From: an uncultured delta proteobacterium
GTDB lineage: Bacteria > Myxococcota_A > Polyangia > Polyangiales > Polyangiaceae
NCBI GenBank assembly: GCA_963716725.1
Contig: CAVQUB010000015.1
Coordinates: 288,001-352,000, forward strand
Direction: 5' to 3'
DNA length: 64,000 nucleotides
In this document: in pieces, positions 10,723-21,029 of the stretch
Layout: every line of letters begins with the position of its first letter
Numbering within the stretch: position 1 is the first letter of the stretch
The notes under the pieces: generated by a model
What the model was told of the DNA's origin: nothing
What the model saw: the letters and a program-made list of their open reading frames with translations, nothing else
Database searches by the model: none
Made by a program: the position numbers and the translations under genes

Positions 10723-13461
10723 GTGACCGTTGTTGATTCCAAGTCTGCCGTGCGGTTGTCCCTGGTGGACGTGCGGGCCGGCGAGCGTCGACCGCTGCTG
10801 GCGGCAGCGGGGACCCTCTTCGGGCTGGTCGCTGCCCACTCCCTGCTGGAGACCGCGCGGGACGCCCTGTTCCTCGACCAGCTCGCGCCCACCCGGCTGC
10901 CGATCGTCTACCTGATCGTCGCGGTGCTGGGCTTTGGGCTCACGGATCTGAACGCGCGCTTCATTCGCCGCTTCGGCCGCCGCAACGCCTTGGTCGTGAC
11001 GCTGGCCCTCTACGCGATGGGCACGACCTGGTTCAATTTCCGGCCGCTGACGCCCGCCCTCGCCATGGGGCTCTACGTCTGGAGCGCCCTGGCAGGTTCG
11101 CTGGGCGTCGTTCAGTTCTGGTTGTTCGCGAGCGAGGCGTTCACGTCGGCGCAGAGCAAGCGCTTCTTCCCGGCCATCTCTGCCGGCGGCGTGCTCGGGG
11201 CCGTGGTGGGCTCGGGCATCGCCGTCGTGCTGCTCTCGCTGCTCCCGGTCGGCAGCTTGCTGCTCGTCGCCGCGGGGCTGGCGCTCGGGACCGCCTTGCT
11301 TGTCGCCCAGAGCGCCGAGCCCGACGCGACGCTACCCGCGGAGCGGGCCCCCAAGCCCGCGCTCAGCGGCGGTCTTGGGCTGTTGTCGAGCGACAGATAC
11401 CTGCTGCGCGTCGCGGTCCTGGTCGTCACCTCGACGCTCGCGGTCCTGACCTTGGACTACCTGTTCAAGAGCACGGCTGCGGCGCGCTTCCCGAAATCGG
11501 AGCTCGGACCGTTTTTTGCTCGCTACTACGGCGCGGCGAACACCGCGGCGCTCGCCGTGCAGTTGCTCGTGGCCGGCCGCATGTTGCGACGCTTCGGCGT
11601 GGCGACGGCGCTGGCGGTACTGCCGATCTGCCTCGTTGCGGGCTCCGCCGGCCTCCTGCTGATGGGCGGCAGCTTCGCTGTGTTGCTCCTGACCAAGGGC
11701 GCTGACGGTGCGCTCCGTCACTCCCTGCACCGGGTTTCCTCCGAGCTCTTGTACCTGCCGCTGGAACCCGCGCTGCGCGATCGAGCCAAGCCGCTGGTGG
11801 ACTCGGTGCTCGCTCGCTCAGCTCAGGCGGTCGGCGCCGGCGTGCTCCTGGTGCTCGCGAGCTTCGGTCTGGGCACGGTCGTCGTGCTGAGCGGGGTCGT
11901 GATCGCCCTGGCGTTGGTCTGGGTAGTCGCTGCCGCGTCGATTCGACGGCCCTACCTGGATCTCTTCCGTCAATCCTTGGGTCGGGGCGACGAGAGCGCC
12001 AGAGTGTCGCTCGAAGATTTGGATTTGGCCGCCGCGGAGACCGTGATCGAGGCCCTGTCGAGCCCCGAGTCTGCGCGGGCGCTGGCCGCCATGAACTTGC
12101 TCGCAGATGCAAAACGCTCGCGGTTGATACCAGCGCTCATTCTTTTTCACGATCGCGAAGAGGTGCTGCTGCGCGCCCTGGAGGTCGTCCCCGACGCGCA
12201 TCGCGCGGACTGGGTGCCGCTCGCTCGACGCTTGCTCGATCACGTTTCCCCTCGGGTCGTCGCCGCGGCAGCGCGCGCGCTCGGCCGCTTCGGCAAGCTG
12301 CCCGCCGAAGCGCACCCGACCGGGGCCTTGCGCGCCTTCATCACGATCGAGCGACTGAGCCGCGACTCCCCGGTGGTCGCCGAAGAGGATCCCGACGTCG
12401 CCGCCATGCTGGAGGGCGCGTCGCCCGAGTGCAGCAGCGCCCGGGCAGCTCTCGCCAACGCCATCGCGGATACCAGAGACTTGCGCTTTTCGGGGCTGGC
12501 TCAGCGTCTCTCCCGGGACGCGGATCCAGAGGTGGCCGGGCTCGCCATCGCTGCGCTCGGCCAGATCCAAGACGCCGACAGCCTGCCCTTCTTGGTCGGG
12601 CTCTTGGCGGACGCGAAGCACCGCGCGACCGCGGTCCAGTCCCTGGCGCCCTTCGGAGACCGGGCGGTCGACGCGCTGGCGAAGGCCCTCATCGATCCGG
12701 CCGCTCCGGCCCGCGTTCGTCGCGAAGCGCCGCGCGCCCTCGCTGAGGTCGGCAGCGAAGGGGCAGGTCTGGTGCTGTTCGACGCGCTGGTGTCGGATAT
12801 CCCGGGCCTCGTCCGCTATCGCGTCCTGCGGGCGCTCGGCACAATGGTGCGCAAGCGTGCGATCCGGGTCGATCGCGATGGCATCGAGCCCGAGCTCAGG
12901 CGCAACCTGCTGGAGTGTCTCCGCTTTGCTTCCCTCGAGGTTGCTTTCGAAGAAGGCGAGCCGGCGCCGGAGCGTGCGCGGGCGAGCCATCGCTTGCTCC
13001 GTGGCCTGATCCACGACAAGCAGCGGCAGGCACGGGAGCGCGCCTTTCGAATCCTGCAAATGCTCCACCCGAATGAGGACTTCCGCAGCGTCTACTTCTC
13101 TCTCGAGTCGGACGACAAGCGGCTGCGAGCCCATGCCCTCGAGTTCGTCGAGGCGCTGACCCTGAACGCCAAGGACGAGCTGCGGGAGCTCTTGCGTTGG
13201 GTCATCGATGACCTCTCGCCGCGGGAACGCGTCGAGCGCGCCGGGGCCTTTCTGGAAGGTCGCCCGCGGATCCGGGACGAAGCACTGGCGGCCATGCTCG
13301 CCGATCCCGACGACGCCCTCGCCACCCTCGCGGCCTACCACGTCCGCGCGCTCGCCCTCGCCGAGCTCGATGGCGAGGCCGAAGCGGTGTTCAGCCAACG
13401 CCGCTGGGTGCCCCTCGAGACCATGCCGCCGCCGCTGCTCGATGGAGAGATTCGTGGCTGA
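10723..13461 (+). CDS. NTT/Npt (TLC ATP/ADP transporter-like) MFS domain fused to HEAT repeats
   Basis: About 12 TM segments with LLETARDALFL, QFWLFASEAFTSAQSKRFF, LDYLFK and ELLYLPL...RAKPLVD, followed by HEAT-like repeats. Start approximate. Confidence 0.8.
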   Translation: MTVVDSKSAVRLSLVDVRAGERRPLLAAAGTLFGLVAAHSLLETARDALFLDQLAPTRLPIVYLIVAVLGFGLTDLNARFIRRFGRRNALVVTLALYAMGTTWFNFRPLTPALAMGLYVWSALAGSLGVVQFWLFASEAFTSAQSKRFFPAISAGGVLGAVVGSGIAVVLLSLLPVGSLLLVAAGLALGTALLVAQSAEPDATLPAERAPKPALSGGLGLLSSDRYLLRVAVLVVTSTLAVLTLDYLFKSTAAARFPKSELGPFFARYYGAANTAALAVQLLVAGRMLRRFGVATALAVLPICLVAGSAGLLLMGGSFAVLLLTKGADGALRHSLHRVSSELLYLPLEPALRDRAKPLVDSVLARSAQAVGAGVLLVLASFGLGTVVVLSGVVIALALVWVVAAASIRRPYLDLFRQSLGRGDESARVSLEDLDLAAAETVIEALSSPESARALAAMNLLADAKRSRLIPALILFHDREEVLLRALEVVPDAHRADWVPLARRLLDHVSPRVVAAAARALGRFGKLPAEAHPTGALRAFITIERLSRDSPVVAEEDPDVAAMLEGASPECSSARAALANAIADTRDLRFSGLAQRLSRDADPEVAGLAIAALGQIQDADSLPFLVGLLADAKHRATAVQSLAPFGDRAVDALAKALIDPAAPARVRREAPRALAEVGSEGAGLVLFDALVSDIPGLVRYRVLRALGTMVRKRAIRVDRDGIEPELRRNLLECLRFASLEVAFEEGEPAPERARASHRLLRGLIHDKQRQARERAFRILQMLHPNEDFRSVYFSLESDDKRLRAHALEFVEALTLNAKDELRELLRWVIDDLSPRERVERAGAFLEGRPRIRDEALAAMLADPDDALATLAAYHVRALALAELDGEAEAVFSQRRWVPLETMPPPLLDGEIRG

Positions 13462-14389
13462 GAGCATCGTCAAGCGCGTCGAATATTCGCTCTTCTTGCG
13501 CACTCTCTTCGGCGGGCGTCGCTCCGGCGTGGCGGTCGAGCGGGTGGCGACGCTGATGCGCGATGTCTACTTCGACGCCGGTCAGGTCATCTACCGGCGG
13601 GCCGAGGCGAGCACGCACATCTACTTCATCGTCTCGGGGCAGATCGTGCTCGATGCACCAGGGCTCGCTCCGTGGACCTTCGGGCCACGGGACGGCGTGG
13701 GCTTCCTCGACGCCATGCAGGACGCACCGCACGCTCGCACCGCCCGCGCGGCCACCGACGTGCACGCCTTGGCCTTCTCGGTGGAGGACTGGTTCGACGT
13801 CCTGGAAGGTCACCCCGAGCTCGGCCGCGGCGCGCTCTTGGATCACGCAGATTCAGTCGCGAAGATGATCGAGGTGATCGGCGTCGCTCGAGCGTTTCCC
13901 GGCGGACACGCTCCCGTCCCGGCGGATCTCCGGCGCCCTCCGGGGTTGGTCGAGCGCATGCTCGCGCTGACCGACTCGCCGATCTTCGCCCGAGCGGGGA
14001 TCCAGGCGGTGGCGGTCCTGGCGCAGCGGGCCCGGCCTGTGGCGCTGCACGAAGGCGCAGAGATCGTGCGCGAAGGCGCGCCGCGCGACCATCGGCTCTG
14101 GCTAGTGGGGCAGGGCGAAGTCGCGCTGCGTCGCTCCGAGGAGAGCGAAGCGGGGCGCGTTGGCCCCGGCGCCTTGGTCGGTGGGTTGGCGGTCATGGCG
14201 CGCGACGATCAGAGCGCCACGCTGAGTGCGGCGACCGACACGGTGGCGCTCGAATTCAGCGAATACGACCTCATGGACGTCATGGACGATCACTTCGACT
14301 TCTCCAAGGCGATCTTCGCCTACATGGCGCGAGAGCGCGGGCGGCTGATGGAGATCGTGGCGCAAGGGCGGGCGCCGATCAGCAGCTGA
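13454..14389 (+). CDS. Tandem cyclic-nucleotide-binding (cNMP/Crp-like) domain protein
   Basis: Two CAP_ED-like units (FDAGQVIYRRAE..IYFIVSG; LHEGAEIVREG..LWLVGQGEV). GTG start with GGAGA RBS overlaps the upstream stop. Confidence 0.8.
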   Translation: MAESIVKRVEYSLFLRTLFGGRRSGVAVERVATLMRDVYFDAGQVIYRRAEASTHIYFIVSGQIVLDAPGLAPWTFGPRDGVGFLDAMQDAPHARTARAATDVHALAFSVEDWFDVLEGHPELGRGALLDHADSVAKMIEVIGVARAFPGGHAPVPADLRRPPGLVERMLALTDSPIFARAGIQAVAVLAQRARPVALHEGAEIVREGAPRDHRLWLVGQGEVALRRSEESEAGRVGPGALVGGLAVMARDDQSATLSAATDTVALEFSEYDLMDVMDDHFDFSKAIFAYMARERGRLMEIVAQGRAPISS

Positions 14390-16076
14390 AGACCTGCCAC
14401 TCGAAGATCACCGGATTGGACTTCTGCCCGGTGCTGCTGGTGGCGTGGACGCCGTAGATGCGGATCTTGGTGGTGCTGACCGCGGTCGGGAAGGTGTAGC
14501 TCCAGTCATTGGTCTTGGCGGAGACCGTTCCGGAGGTCACCCAGGAGCTCCCGCTCCAGTACTGCACGGTGCCGCCGGCCAGTGAGCGACCGGAGCTGGT
14601 GCAGGTCGCGCTGGTGGACAGCGCGGTGTCGATGCTGAAGCGCTTCACGGTCTTGGCGCTCGTCCAGCCGTATTCGATCCAGGCCGTGCCGGGGGAGCTG
14701 CCTGCCGACACCCAGTGGAACTTTTGCGTGGAGCACGACGCCTCGAGGTAGCCGTCGTTCATCTTGTCGGGGCCGACGTTGTTGGGGGTCGTGCCGCCGC
14801 CGCTCGAGGTCGCCGTCGCCGTGGTCGCGATGTTGGTCGTGGGGTTGCAGGTCGAGATGCAGCTGCCCGCCTGGCAGGTCTGCCCCGAGGTGCAGGCGTG
14901 GCCGCAGGTGCCGCAGTGGCTGTTGTCGGTGCCGGTGTTGACGCAGAGGGTCCCGCACTTGGTCTGCCCCGACGGGCACACCAACGTGCAAATCCCGGTC
15001 TGACAAACGTTCCCGGAGGGGCACTTGTTCGAGCAAGTGCCGCAATTGTTGGGGTCGTTCTTGGTGTCGACGCAGATCGTCCCGCACTTGGTCTGCGTCG
15101 GTGGGCAGACGAGCGTGCAGGTGCCCGAGAGGCAGGTCAGGCCCGAGCCGCAGGCGTTGGTGCAGGTGCCGCAGTTGTTGGGGTCCACCTCGGTGTCCAC
15201 ACAGGTGTCGCTGCAGTTCGTGGTTCCGCCGCTGCACACCACCGTGCATTTGCTCGCGACGCAGCTCTTGCCGTTCGGGCACGGGGATCCGCAGGCGCCG
15301 CAATTCGCGGGATCTTGGGTCAGGTCGGCGCACTTGCTTCCGCATTTGGTGAGCCCGCCTGAGCACACCAGGCCGCATTGCCCCGACTGGCAGGCCTCAC
15401 CTGTGGCACAGGGCTTGTTGCACGCGCCGCAGTGGGCGGGATGGACCGACGTATCGACGCACTTGCCGGCGCAGTTCGTGGATCCGCCGGAGCAGACCAC
15501 GCCGCACTGTCCCTGCGAGCAGAGCTCGCCCGTCGCGCAGGCCTTGTCGCACTGCCCGCAATTTTTGGGATCGACCTCGAGGTCGACGCACTTGCCGGCC
15601 TGTCCCGAGCTCGAACAGTTGACGGTTCCGCCGAGACAGTCGGCGGCGCACACGCCCAGCGTGCACACCTGACCGACGGCGCAGATGTTCCCGCAGGTCC
15701 CGCAGTTGGCTGGATCGGCCTGCAAGTCGGCGCACTTGTCGCCGCAACTGGTGGTGCCACCGTTGCACTGCGCCCCGCACTTGCCTTGGGAGCAGAGCTG
15801 CCCGCTGGGGCACGCTTGGTCGCAGGAGCCGCAGTGCTCGGTCGCCGTCATCGGATCGGCGCAGACGCTGCCGCACTGCAGGTTGGGCGGCGCGCAAGGC
15901 CAGCCGCCGCCATCGCCGCCAGTGCCGACGCCACCGCCGACGCCACCGACGCCACCGCCACCGCCACCGCCACCGCCACCGCCACCGCTGCCGGGCAGAT
16001 CCGTGTCCGCGGTGCCAGCTGCGCAGCCGAGCAAGAGAGCAATGGACAGGAACGCCGCGGGTCCAAGTAAGCGCAT
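14379..16076 (-). CDS. Cys-rich repeat lipoprotein (Stig1-like CxD...DPxNCGxCGxxC repeats) with C-terminal discoidin/galactose-binding-like domain
   Basis: Lipobox LLGC, poly-Gly linker, 8 CVD..DP.NCG.C repeats, then a beta-sandwich ending PVIFEWQVF. Confidence 0.8.
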   Translation of the reverse strand: MRLLGPAAFLSIALLLGCAAGTADTDLPGSGGGGGGGGGGGGVGGVGGGVGTGGDGGGWPCAPPNLQCGSVCADPMTATEHCGSCDQACPSGQLCSQGKCGAQCNGGTTSCGDKCADLQADPANCGTCGNICAVGQVCTLGVCAADCLGGTVNCSSSGQAGKCVDLEVDPKNCGQCDKACATGELCSQGQCGVVCSGGSTNCAGKCVDTSVHPAHCGACNKPCATGEACQSGQCGLVCSGGLTKCGSKCADLTQDPANCGACGSPCPNGKSCVASKCTVVCSGGTTNCSDTCVDTEVDPNNCGTCTNACGSGLTCLSGTCTLVCPPTQTKCGTICVDTKNDPNNCGTCSNKCPSGNVCQTGICTLVCPSGQTKCGTLCVNTGTDNSHCGTCGHACTSGQTCQAGSCISTCNPTTNIATTATATSSGGGTTPNNVGPDKMNDGYLEASCSTQKFHWVSAGSSPGTAWIEYGWTSAKTVKRFSIDTALSTSATCTSSGRSLAGGTVQYWSGSSWVTSGTVSAKTNDWSYTFPTAVSTTKIRIYGVHATSSTGQKSNPVIFEWQVFSC

Positions 16077-16109
16077 TGCCCCGAGCTTACCCCATCTTTC
16101 GCCTCGCCT

Positions 16110-16535
16110 CTAGCGAGCGCGGGCCATCAGCGAGCCCCCATCTTTACCTACACCCTGATTCGTCCAGAACACGCAGGCTTCATCCACCACGACGCCACGC
16201 GGGATCTCGAATCCAGTAGCGAGCGTCTCGATCTGCCCACCCGCCCGCGGGATGCGCGCGAGGCGCCCGTCGGTGGTCGCTCCGCCCTCGACCCAATAGA
16301 GGTGCGGTCCCGCCAGCGCGATACCGTGGGCGAAGGTCGCCGTCGTGAGGGTCTCGCGAGGGCCACCAGAGCGCGGAACGCGTCCGACCTCGGCGTTCAT
16401 CGCGTAGTACACGTGGGTGTCGTCGAGCTCGAGGTCGTTGCCGTTCGCCGCGGACAGGGGCGTCACCAGCTGCGGAGCCGCGGTCGTCGCGGGCACGTAG
16501 CGCCAGATTGCGGGCCGCGCCCGCTCATCGAACAC
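16110..16535 (-). pseudogene. Orphan C-terminal fragment of a beta-propeller protein (xDxTHVYW-type repeats)
   Basis: LELDDTHVYY, IALAGPHLYW and VVVDEACVFW repeats. Only about 3 blades, no signal peptide, and it overlaps the upstream stop. Confidence 0.5.
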
Positions 16536-17022
16536 AGCGGTGCGACGAGCACCGCAGGCCGGAGCCCTTGCCGCAGTCGGAGTCGAAGTTGCACGTGCCA
16601 TAGGTGCTGTTCGCGCAGCGCTGGCTGCTGCATTTCGCGCCGCCGCAGTCGGAGTCGAAGTTGCACCTGCCCACCGTCGGCACGCAGGAGCCCGACTGGC
16701 ACATCGTCCCGCTCTTGCAGTCCGTGTCGCGCTGACACCCGCCGGTGTTGGCAGGCGCCAATCCCCAAGTGGCGGAGGTCGGGGTGGCGCAGGATGAGCC
16801 GTTGGAGGGAGCGGGCGTCGATGCTCGGGGGGGCGGCGCGGGCGAGTATCCCGCCGCTAGCCCGGACTGCGGCGGCATGCCCTGCGGTGGGGGCGCCGGG
16901 TAGGCGTAGGGGCGGTGGCTGCTGCGCTCCGAGCACGCCGCGAACGCCACCAGCGCGAGCGACGCCAGCATCAGTGCGGCAAGAGGCCGAGCGGCGGAGC
17001 ACCTCTTGGCGTTACGGATCAT
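16525..17022 (-). CDS. Small Cys-rich lipoprotein (C-x-x-DSDC repeats)
   Basis: Lipobox FAAC, Pro-rich linker, then CQRDTDC, CNFDSDC and CNFDSDC repeats. Confidence 0.7.
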   Translation of the reverse strand: MIRNAKRCSAARPLAALMLASLALVAFAACSERSSHRPYAYPAPPPQGMPPQSGLAAGYSPAPPPRASTPAPSNGSSCATPTSATWGLAPANTGGCQRDTDCKSGTMCQSGSCVPTVGRCNFDSDCGGAKCSSQRCANSTYGTCNFDSDCGKGSGLRCSSHRCVR

Positions 17023-17185
17023 ACTTAGGTCCACCGTGTCACGGTTGCATGGCGCTCCGGGGCTTGTCCAGCCGTGGACGCAACCTGTAGTTGGCAGGGA
17101 CAACCACAGGTTAGCAGCTCGGACGCGGAATGGACGCAAGAACGCCGAACCTTGGCCCAGGCTCGGTCGGCATCCACCTTGCTCT

Positions 17186-18513
17186 GTGTCGTGGGATGAG
17201 TTCCTGCGCCTGCGCCTGCGCCTGCTGGCAATAATCGTCCTGGCCCTGCTCGCCGCCGCTTGCTCCGCACCCGTGGACGCCGCCGTGGACACCGCCTACG
17301 GCGAAACCGGCGACCTGCCCGAAGGCGAGGACGCCGTGCTGACGAGCGCCAGCAGCCAGAGCCTCTCCAGCGTCGACTGCTCCGAGTCTCAGGATACGGG
17401 CTACACCTCGGGCAAGGCGTTTGCGATCACGGTCGTGACCGTGGACGGCAAGAAGGTCGAGAAGGACACCGCAAACGCGTACTACGTGATGGCTCAAGCC
17501 GCAGCGTCGGCGGGAGTGAACCTGAAGATCGTCAGCGGTTTTCGTACCATGGCGGAGCAGCAGTACCTGTACAACTGCTACGTCAATTGCAGCTGCAACA
17601 GCTGCAATCTCGCGGCCAAGCCCGGCTACAGCAACCATCAGAGCGGCCACGCGCTGGACCTGAACACCTCGACCGGCGGCGTGCTCACCTGGCTGAACGC
17701 CCATGGCGGCAGCTACGGCTTCAAGCGCACGGTGCCGAGCGAGGCTTGGCACTGGGAGTGGTGGGGCGGCGGATCCGGAGGCGGCCCCTGCGGCAAGGCG
17801 AAGTACGCTGGCGAGTCCCTGGGCAAGAGCGGGCAGAGCTACCCGATCACGTCCGAAGCAGCAGTGGCCGTGGAGGTCGGGCAGACCGTCACCGGTTGGG
17901 TGAAGCTCAAGAACATCGGGACCGAGACCTGGAAGTCCGGCGCGGTTTGGATGGCGCCCATCCCACGGGACCAAGCCAGCCCCTTCGCCGGTCCGAGCTG
18001 GCACTCACCCCATCGCATTTCGACGCCAAGCGCGGACGTTGCCCCGGGCCAGGTCGGCCAATTCGAGCTCGATATCACCGGCAGCGTCGAAGGCGAGTCG
18101 GTGCTCCAGCTGGGCTGGGTCGCCGAAGGCGTCACCTGGTTTGCGGACAAGCCCAAGGGCGGCGGCCCCTTGGACGGCTACTTTGCCGTGAAGGTCAAGG
18201 TGACTCCGAGCACCAAGCCGCCCGGAAGCGGCGGCGCCGGTGGTGCAAGCGCGATGGAGGAGCAGCGGGAGCCGCTGGAGCGGCCGGTGCAGCTGGAGCG
18301 GCTGGAGCGCCAGCCGCCGGCGGAAGCGCGGGCTCGGGTTGGGGCGGCGCTGGAGGAATTGGTGCGGCCGGCACGGCGGGCTCGATGACCAACCCGGCAG
18401 ACGCTGAGAGCGACGGCGGATGCAGCGTGGCACAGCGCTCGAAGGGTGACCGCTCCGTTTGGCTATTGGCGGCGATGGCGCTGCTGTGGTGGCGACGACG
18501 GCGAGTCAGCTAA
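17186..18513 (+). CDS. M15B D-Ala-D-Ala carboxypeptidase-like lipoprotein with Ig-like domain and MYXO-CTERM tail; frameshift at ~18250
   Basis: SGFRT..EQ, SNHQSGHALD and EAWH zinc motifs. The Gly-rich linker and GGCSVA...WWRRRR tail lie in another frame (one G missing). Start approximate. Confidence 0.8.
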
Positions 18514-18546
18514 CCGTCTCGGGCGTTGGGCCCGACGGGATGGGGA

Positions 18547-19667
18547 TCAGTCGCAGTCGGCGCCGAGGGGAAAGCCGTTGGCCGGGGACTTCTCCAGGCG
18601 CTGCTGGGTGGCGGGCGTGTAGCTGCCGGACTCCGGGATGCGGTCGTCCTCGTGGTTGCGATTCCACAGCTGTTGGAAGGCCTTGACGTCGATGCTGCTG
18701 CGGGACGCAGCGTCGGGGCCTTGGAAATCGAAGTGGACTCGGTCGATGGAGCCGAGCCAGCGGAAGCGCTCTGCTTCGAGCGCGGCGCGCCACGCCGGCC
18801 CCTCCGCGATGTCGAGGCTGAGCCCCGACTCGTGGTTGCTCTCACCGGGAGGACTCGCGATCTCGATCCCGCAGCGCTTGCCCAGCGCCCAACGACGCAG
18901 CAGGTACTGCTGTGCGACCGTGCGCAAGGCGCTGTGGACCGTCATGGTCTTCTTGCGATTGGCGTCGAGGGCCTCGAGCAGGTGATCGCGGGCGGAAGAG
19001 TCGAGGTAGAAAATACGTTCGATTTGACGTTCAAGTTCGGACGGGACGGCACCGGGACAAAGGCCTTGGGATTGATGCAGCGTGATTGAGCGATGATCTG
19101 TCGGCTCAGGCCGGCGACGCTCGCGGTGTTGCAAGCGCGAGCCGCCGCCTCGAGCACGGTGCCGGGCAAGCTGCGCGCATCGGGTTTTGGCTTGCGTGGC
19201 TCGGGGCCGGGCGGCCTTTCGTCGCCGTCGTCTTGGAACAGCTCGACGCCGGCCGCCCCGCTCTCGGCAGGGACCACCGCAGCGGCCGGTGGCGGTGATG
19301 GGTCCGGATCTTCTAGCAGCGGAGCGACGCCGTTGGCGCTGGCGGTGTTCGCGCTGGGCGCGGCTGTCGATGCGGGCGCACCGACCGCGCCACCTCGCCC
19401 CGGCGACCGAAGGATGAACGAAAACTGGACGACGACGAGCCCGACCAGCCCGGCCAGCGCAGCCGCGATGACCAACGAGCGCCGCGATCGCCACTCGGAT
19501 CCGTAGCTGAACTGCGGTGCGGGTGGAGCTGCGCTCACGCTGACGGGATCGGGGGGCGCCGTTCCCGTTGCGTCGCGCGGAGCGTCGCTCGCGAGCTCGC
19601 CCTCGCCTGACGACACGTCACCGGGTTCGTCGGGTGACGAATCGAGATCGGGATCGCCGGCCGCCAT
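18547..19667 (-). CDS. Membrane-anchored M15-family peptidase with peptidoglycan-binding-like C-terminus; frameshift at ~19012
   Basis: TM segment, then SALRTVAQQY, SNHESGLSLD, DRVHF and VKAFQQLWN...GSYTPATQQRL. The two frames join at a T run. Confidence 0.75.
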
Positions 19668-20041
19668 CGGCCCGGGCGTTAGCGCGATGGTCCGAGCAGG
19701 GCAATGCCCGAGACGGCGGCGGGCGCTTCGCCCGGGTGATTGGGGGGGAGAGGAGCAGGGCTGCGCGAGGCTCGCGTGCGTTTCCGGGCCTGCCGCCACG
19801 CCGAAGCCGACCGTGCCGCCCGCTCGAAGCCCAGGCACGCCGAACGTCGAGCGCAGGGGCGCGACGCCCAAAAGGCGGCGAAACGGACGCGCTGGGCGGC
19901 AGATGGCTGCGCGTCCACACCACCATCAGGTCGGTCCACGCGAAGTGCACGGTCGGCGGCGCATCAGTCCGGCCACGCCTGGTCGTCGGGGTCGCTGCCG
20001 GTTGAACCGTCGAACCGAGGCGATCACGCAAGCCGGGGGGA

Positions 20042-20311
20042 TCACGCGGCGCGCAGCGGCGCCCAATCCTCTGCGGCGAGCTCCGCGACGCCGATCCGGG
20101 CGAGCACGGCGTTCACGTCCGCAATGGTCACAGCCGAGGGCGCTGTGATCTCGATGCCGATGGGCTTGCCACTCGCGTCGTAGTCGACACGGAGCCCCGG
20201 CCCACCGTCCTCGGTGCGCGCTGACCTCGCACCGACCTCGCGCGGCAAGTAGAGGTACGCAGCGAGCGGCTTGCCCTTGCGGTAGGTGACCTCCAGGTAT
20301 CGCTGCTTCAT
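20042..20311 (-). CDS. DUF2283-like small protein (putative antitoxin)
   Basis: AAYLYL...LRVDYDASGKPIGIEI signature; downstream of a DUF4258-like gene. Confidence 0.7.
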   Translation of the reverse strand: MKQRYLEVTYRKGKPLAAYLYLPREVGARSARTEDGGPGLRVDYDASGKPIGIEITAPSAVTIADVNAVLARIGVAELAAEDWAPLRAA

Positions 20312-20321
20312 CGGACCTTGC

Positions 20322-20573
20322 TCACAGAGAATACGCGGTTACGACGACAAGCCAATGGTCGACTTCGTCCGGCTCGACGATGACTTCCCAGTCCACGCCG
20401 CGGTGCCTGGTTTCCACCACAAAGCGCCCCTCGATGAGGGGATCGTTTCGATAGGCGCTCGCCACCTCGAGCATGCGCCGGAGCTCGACCTCGGTGAACT
20501 CGCGGTCCACCATCCGCCGCTGGACATGCGACGTGAGCTCGAGCTCCCACTCCCACCAAGTCGGCCAGGGCAC
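20322..20573 (-). CDS. DUF4258-like small protein (putative RelE-fold toxin)
   Basis: LTSHVQRRMVDREFTEVEL...WEVIVE...VVVTAY pattern. Confidence 0.7.
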   Translation of the reverse strand: MPWPTWWEWELELTSHVQRRMVDREFTEVELRRMLEVASAYRNDPLIEGRFVVETRHRGVDWEVIVEPDEVDHWLVVVTAYSL

Positions 20574-20784
20574 GCGCTACGAAGGTAGCCTGTCCCGCGC
20601 GCGGAAGGACCGAAAGACGCTCTTAGTTCGGCCCCCCCAGAAAAGGGGCGAGCACGGAACCACCTCAGGGGTCTTGGCAGGCGGCAGCAGCAGCGCCGCG
20701 CGCTTCAGAGTTTCGGGGCAGAATTCCGGGGCAGTCTCAGCGCGACGCTCGCTCAGCGTCACGCAACACCACGAACTTACTTAG

Positions 20785-20868
20785 TGCGAAGGAGAGGACT
20801 TGAACCTCCACGCCATTTCTGGCACTGGAACCTGAATCCAGCGCGTCTGCCAATTCCGCCACCTTCGC
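20785..20868 (-). tRNA. tRNA-Leu(CAG), no encoded CCA
   Basis: GCGAAGG/CCTTCGC acceptor stem, CTGGA-TTCAGGT-TCCAG anticodon arm, long variable arm, GGTTCAAGTCC T-loop. Confidence 0.95.
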
Positions 20869-21029
20869 GAGGGGGCCGCGGATCTAGCGCATCCGCGGGG
20901 CGCGATGCAAGCAGGGAGTTCCGGACCTGGCTCGACCGACGCGAAGCTCGCCGGAGCCCCGGAACCTGCCCAGATGGGGCCCAGCGTAAAACGGAAGATC
21001 CTCGCGTTTCCGAGCGGTCTGGCCGCGAC

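Noticed and set aside
19700..20040. Possible ncRNA or second att site downstream of the tRNA-Leu TA pair
   Set aside because: I found no copy of the tRNA-Leu 3' end and no convincing structure by eye.
20785..20868. Possible tRNA-Sec (TTCA in the loop, long variable arm)
   Set aside because: The 7-nt loop TTCAGGT centres on CAG, and the 7-bp acceptor stem and overall length fit tRNA-Leu.
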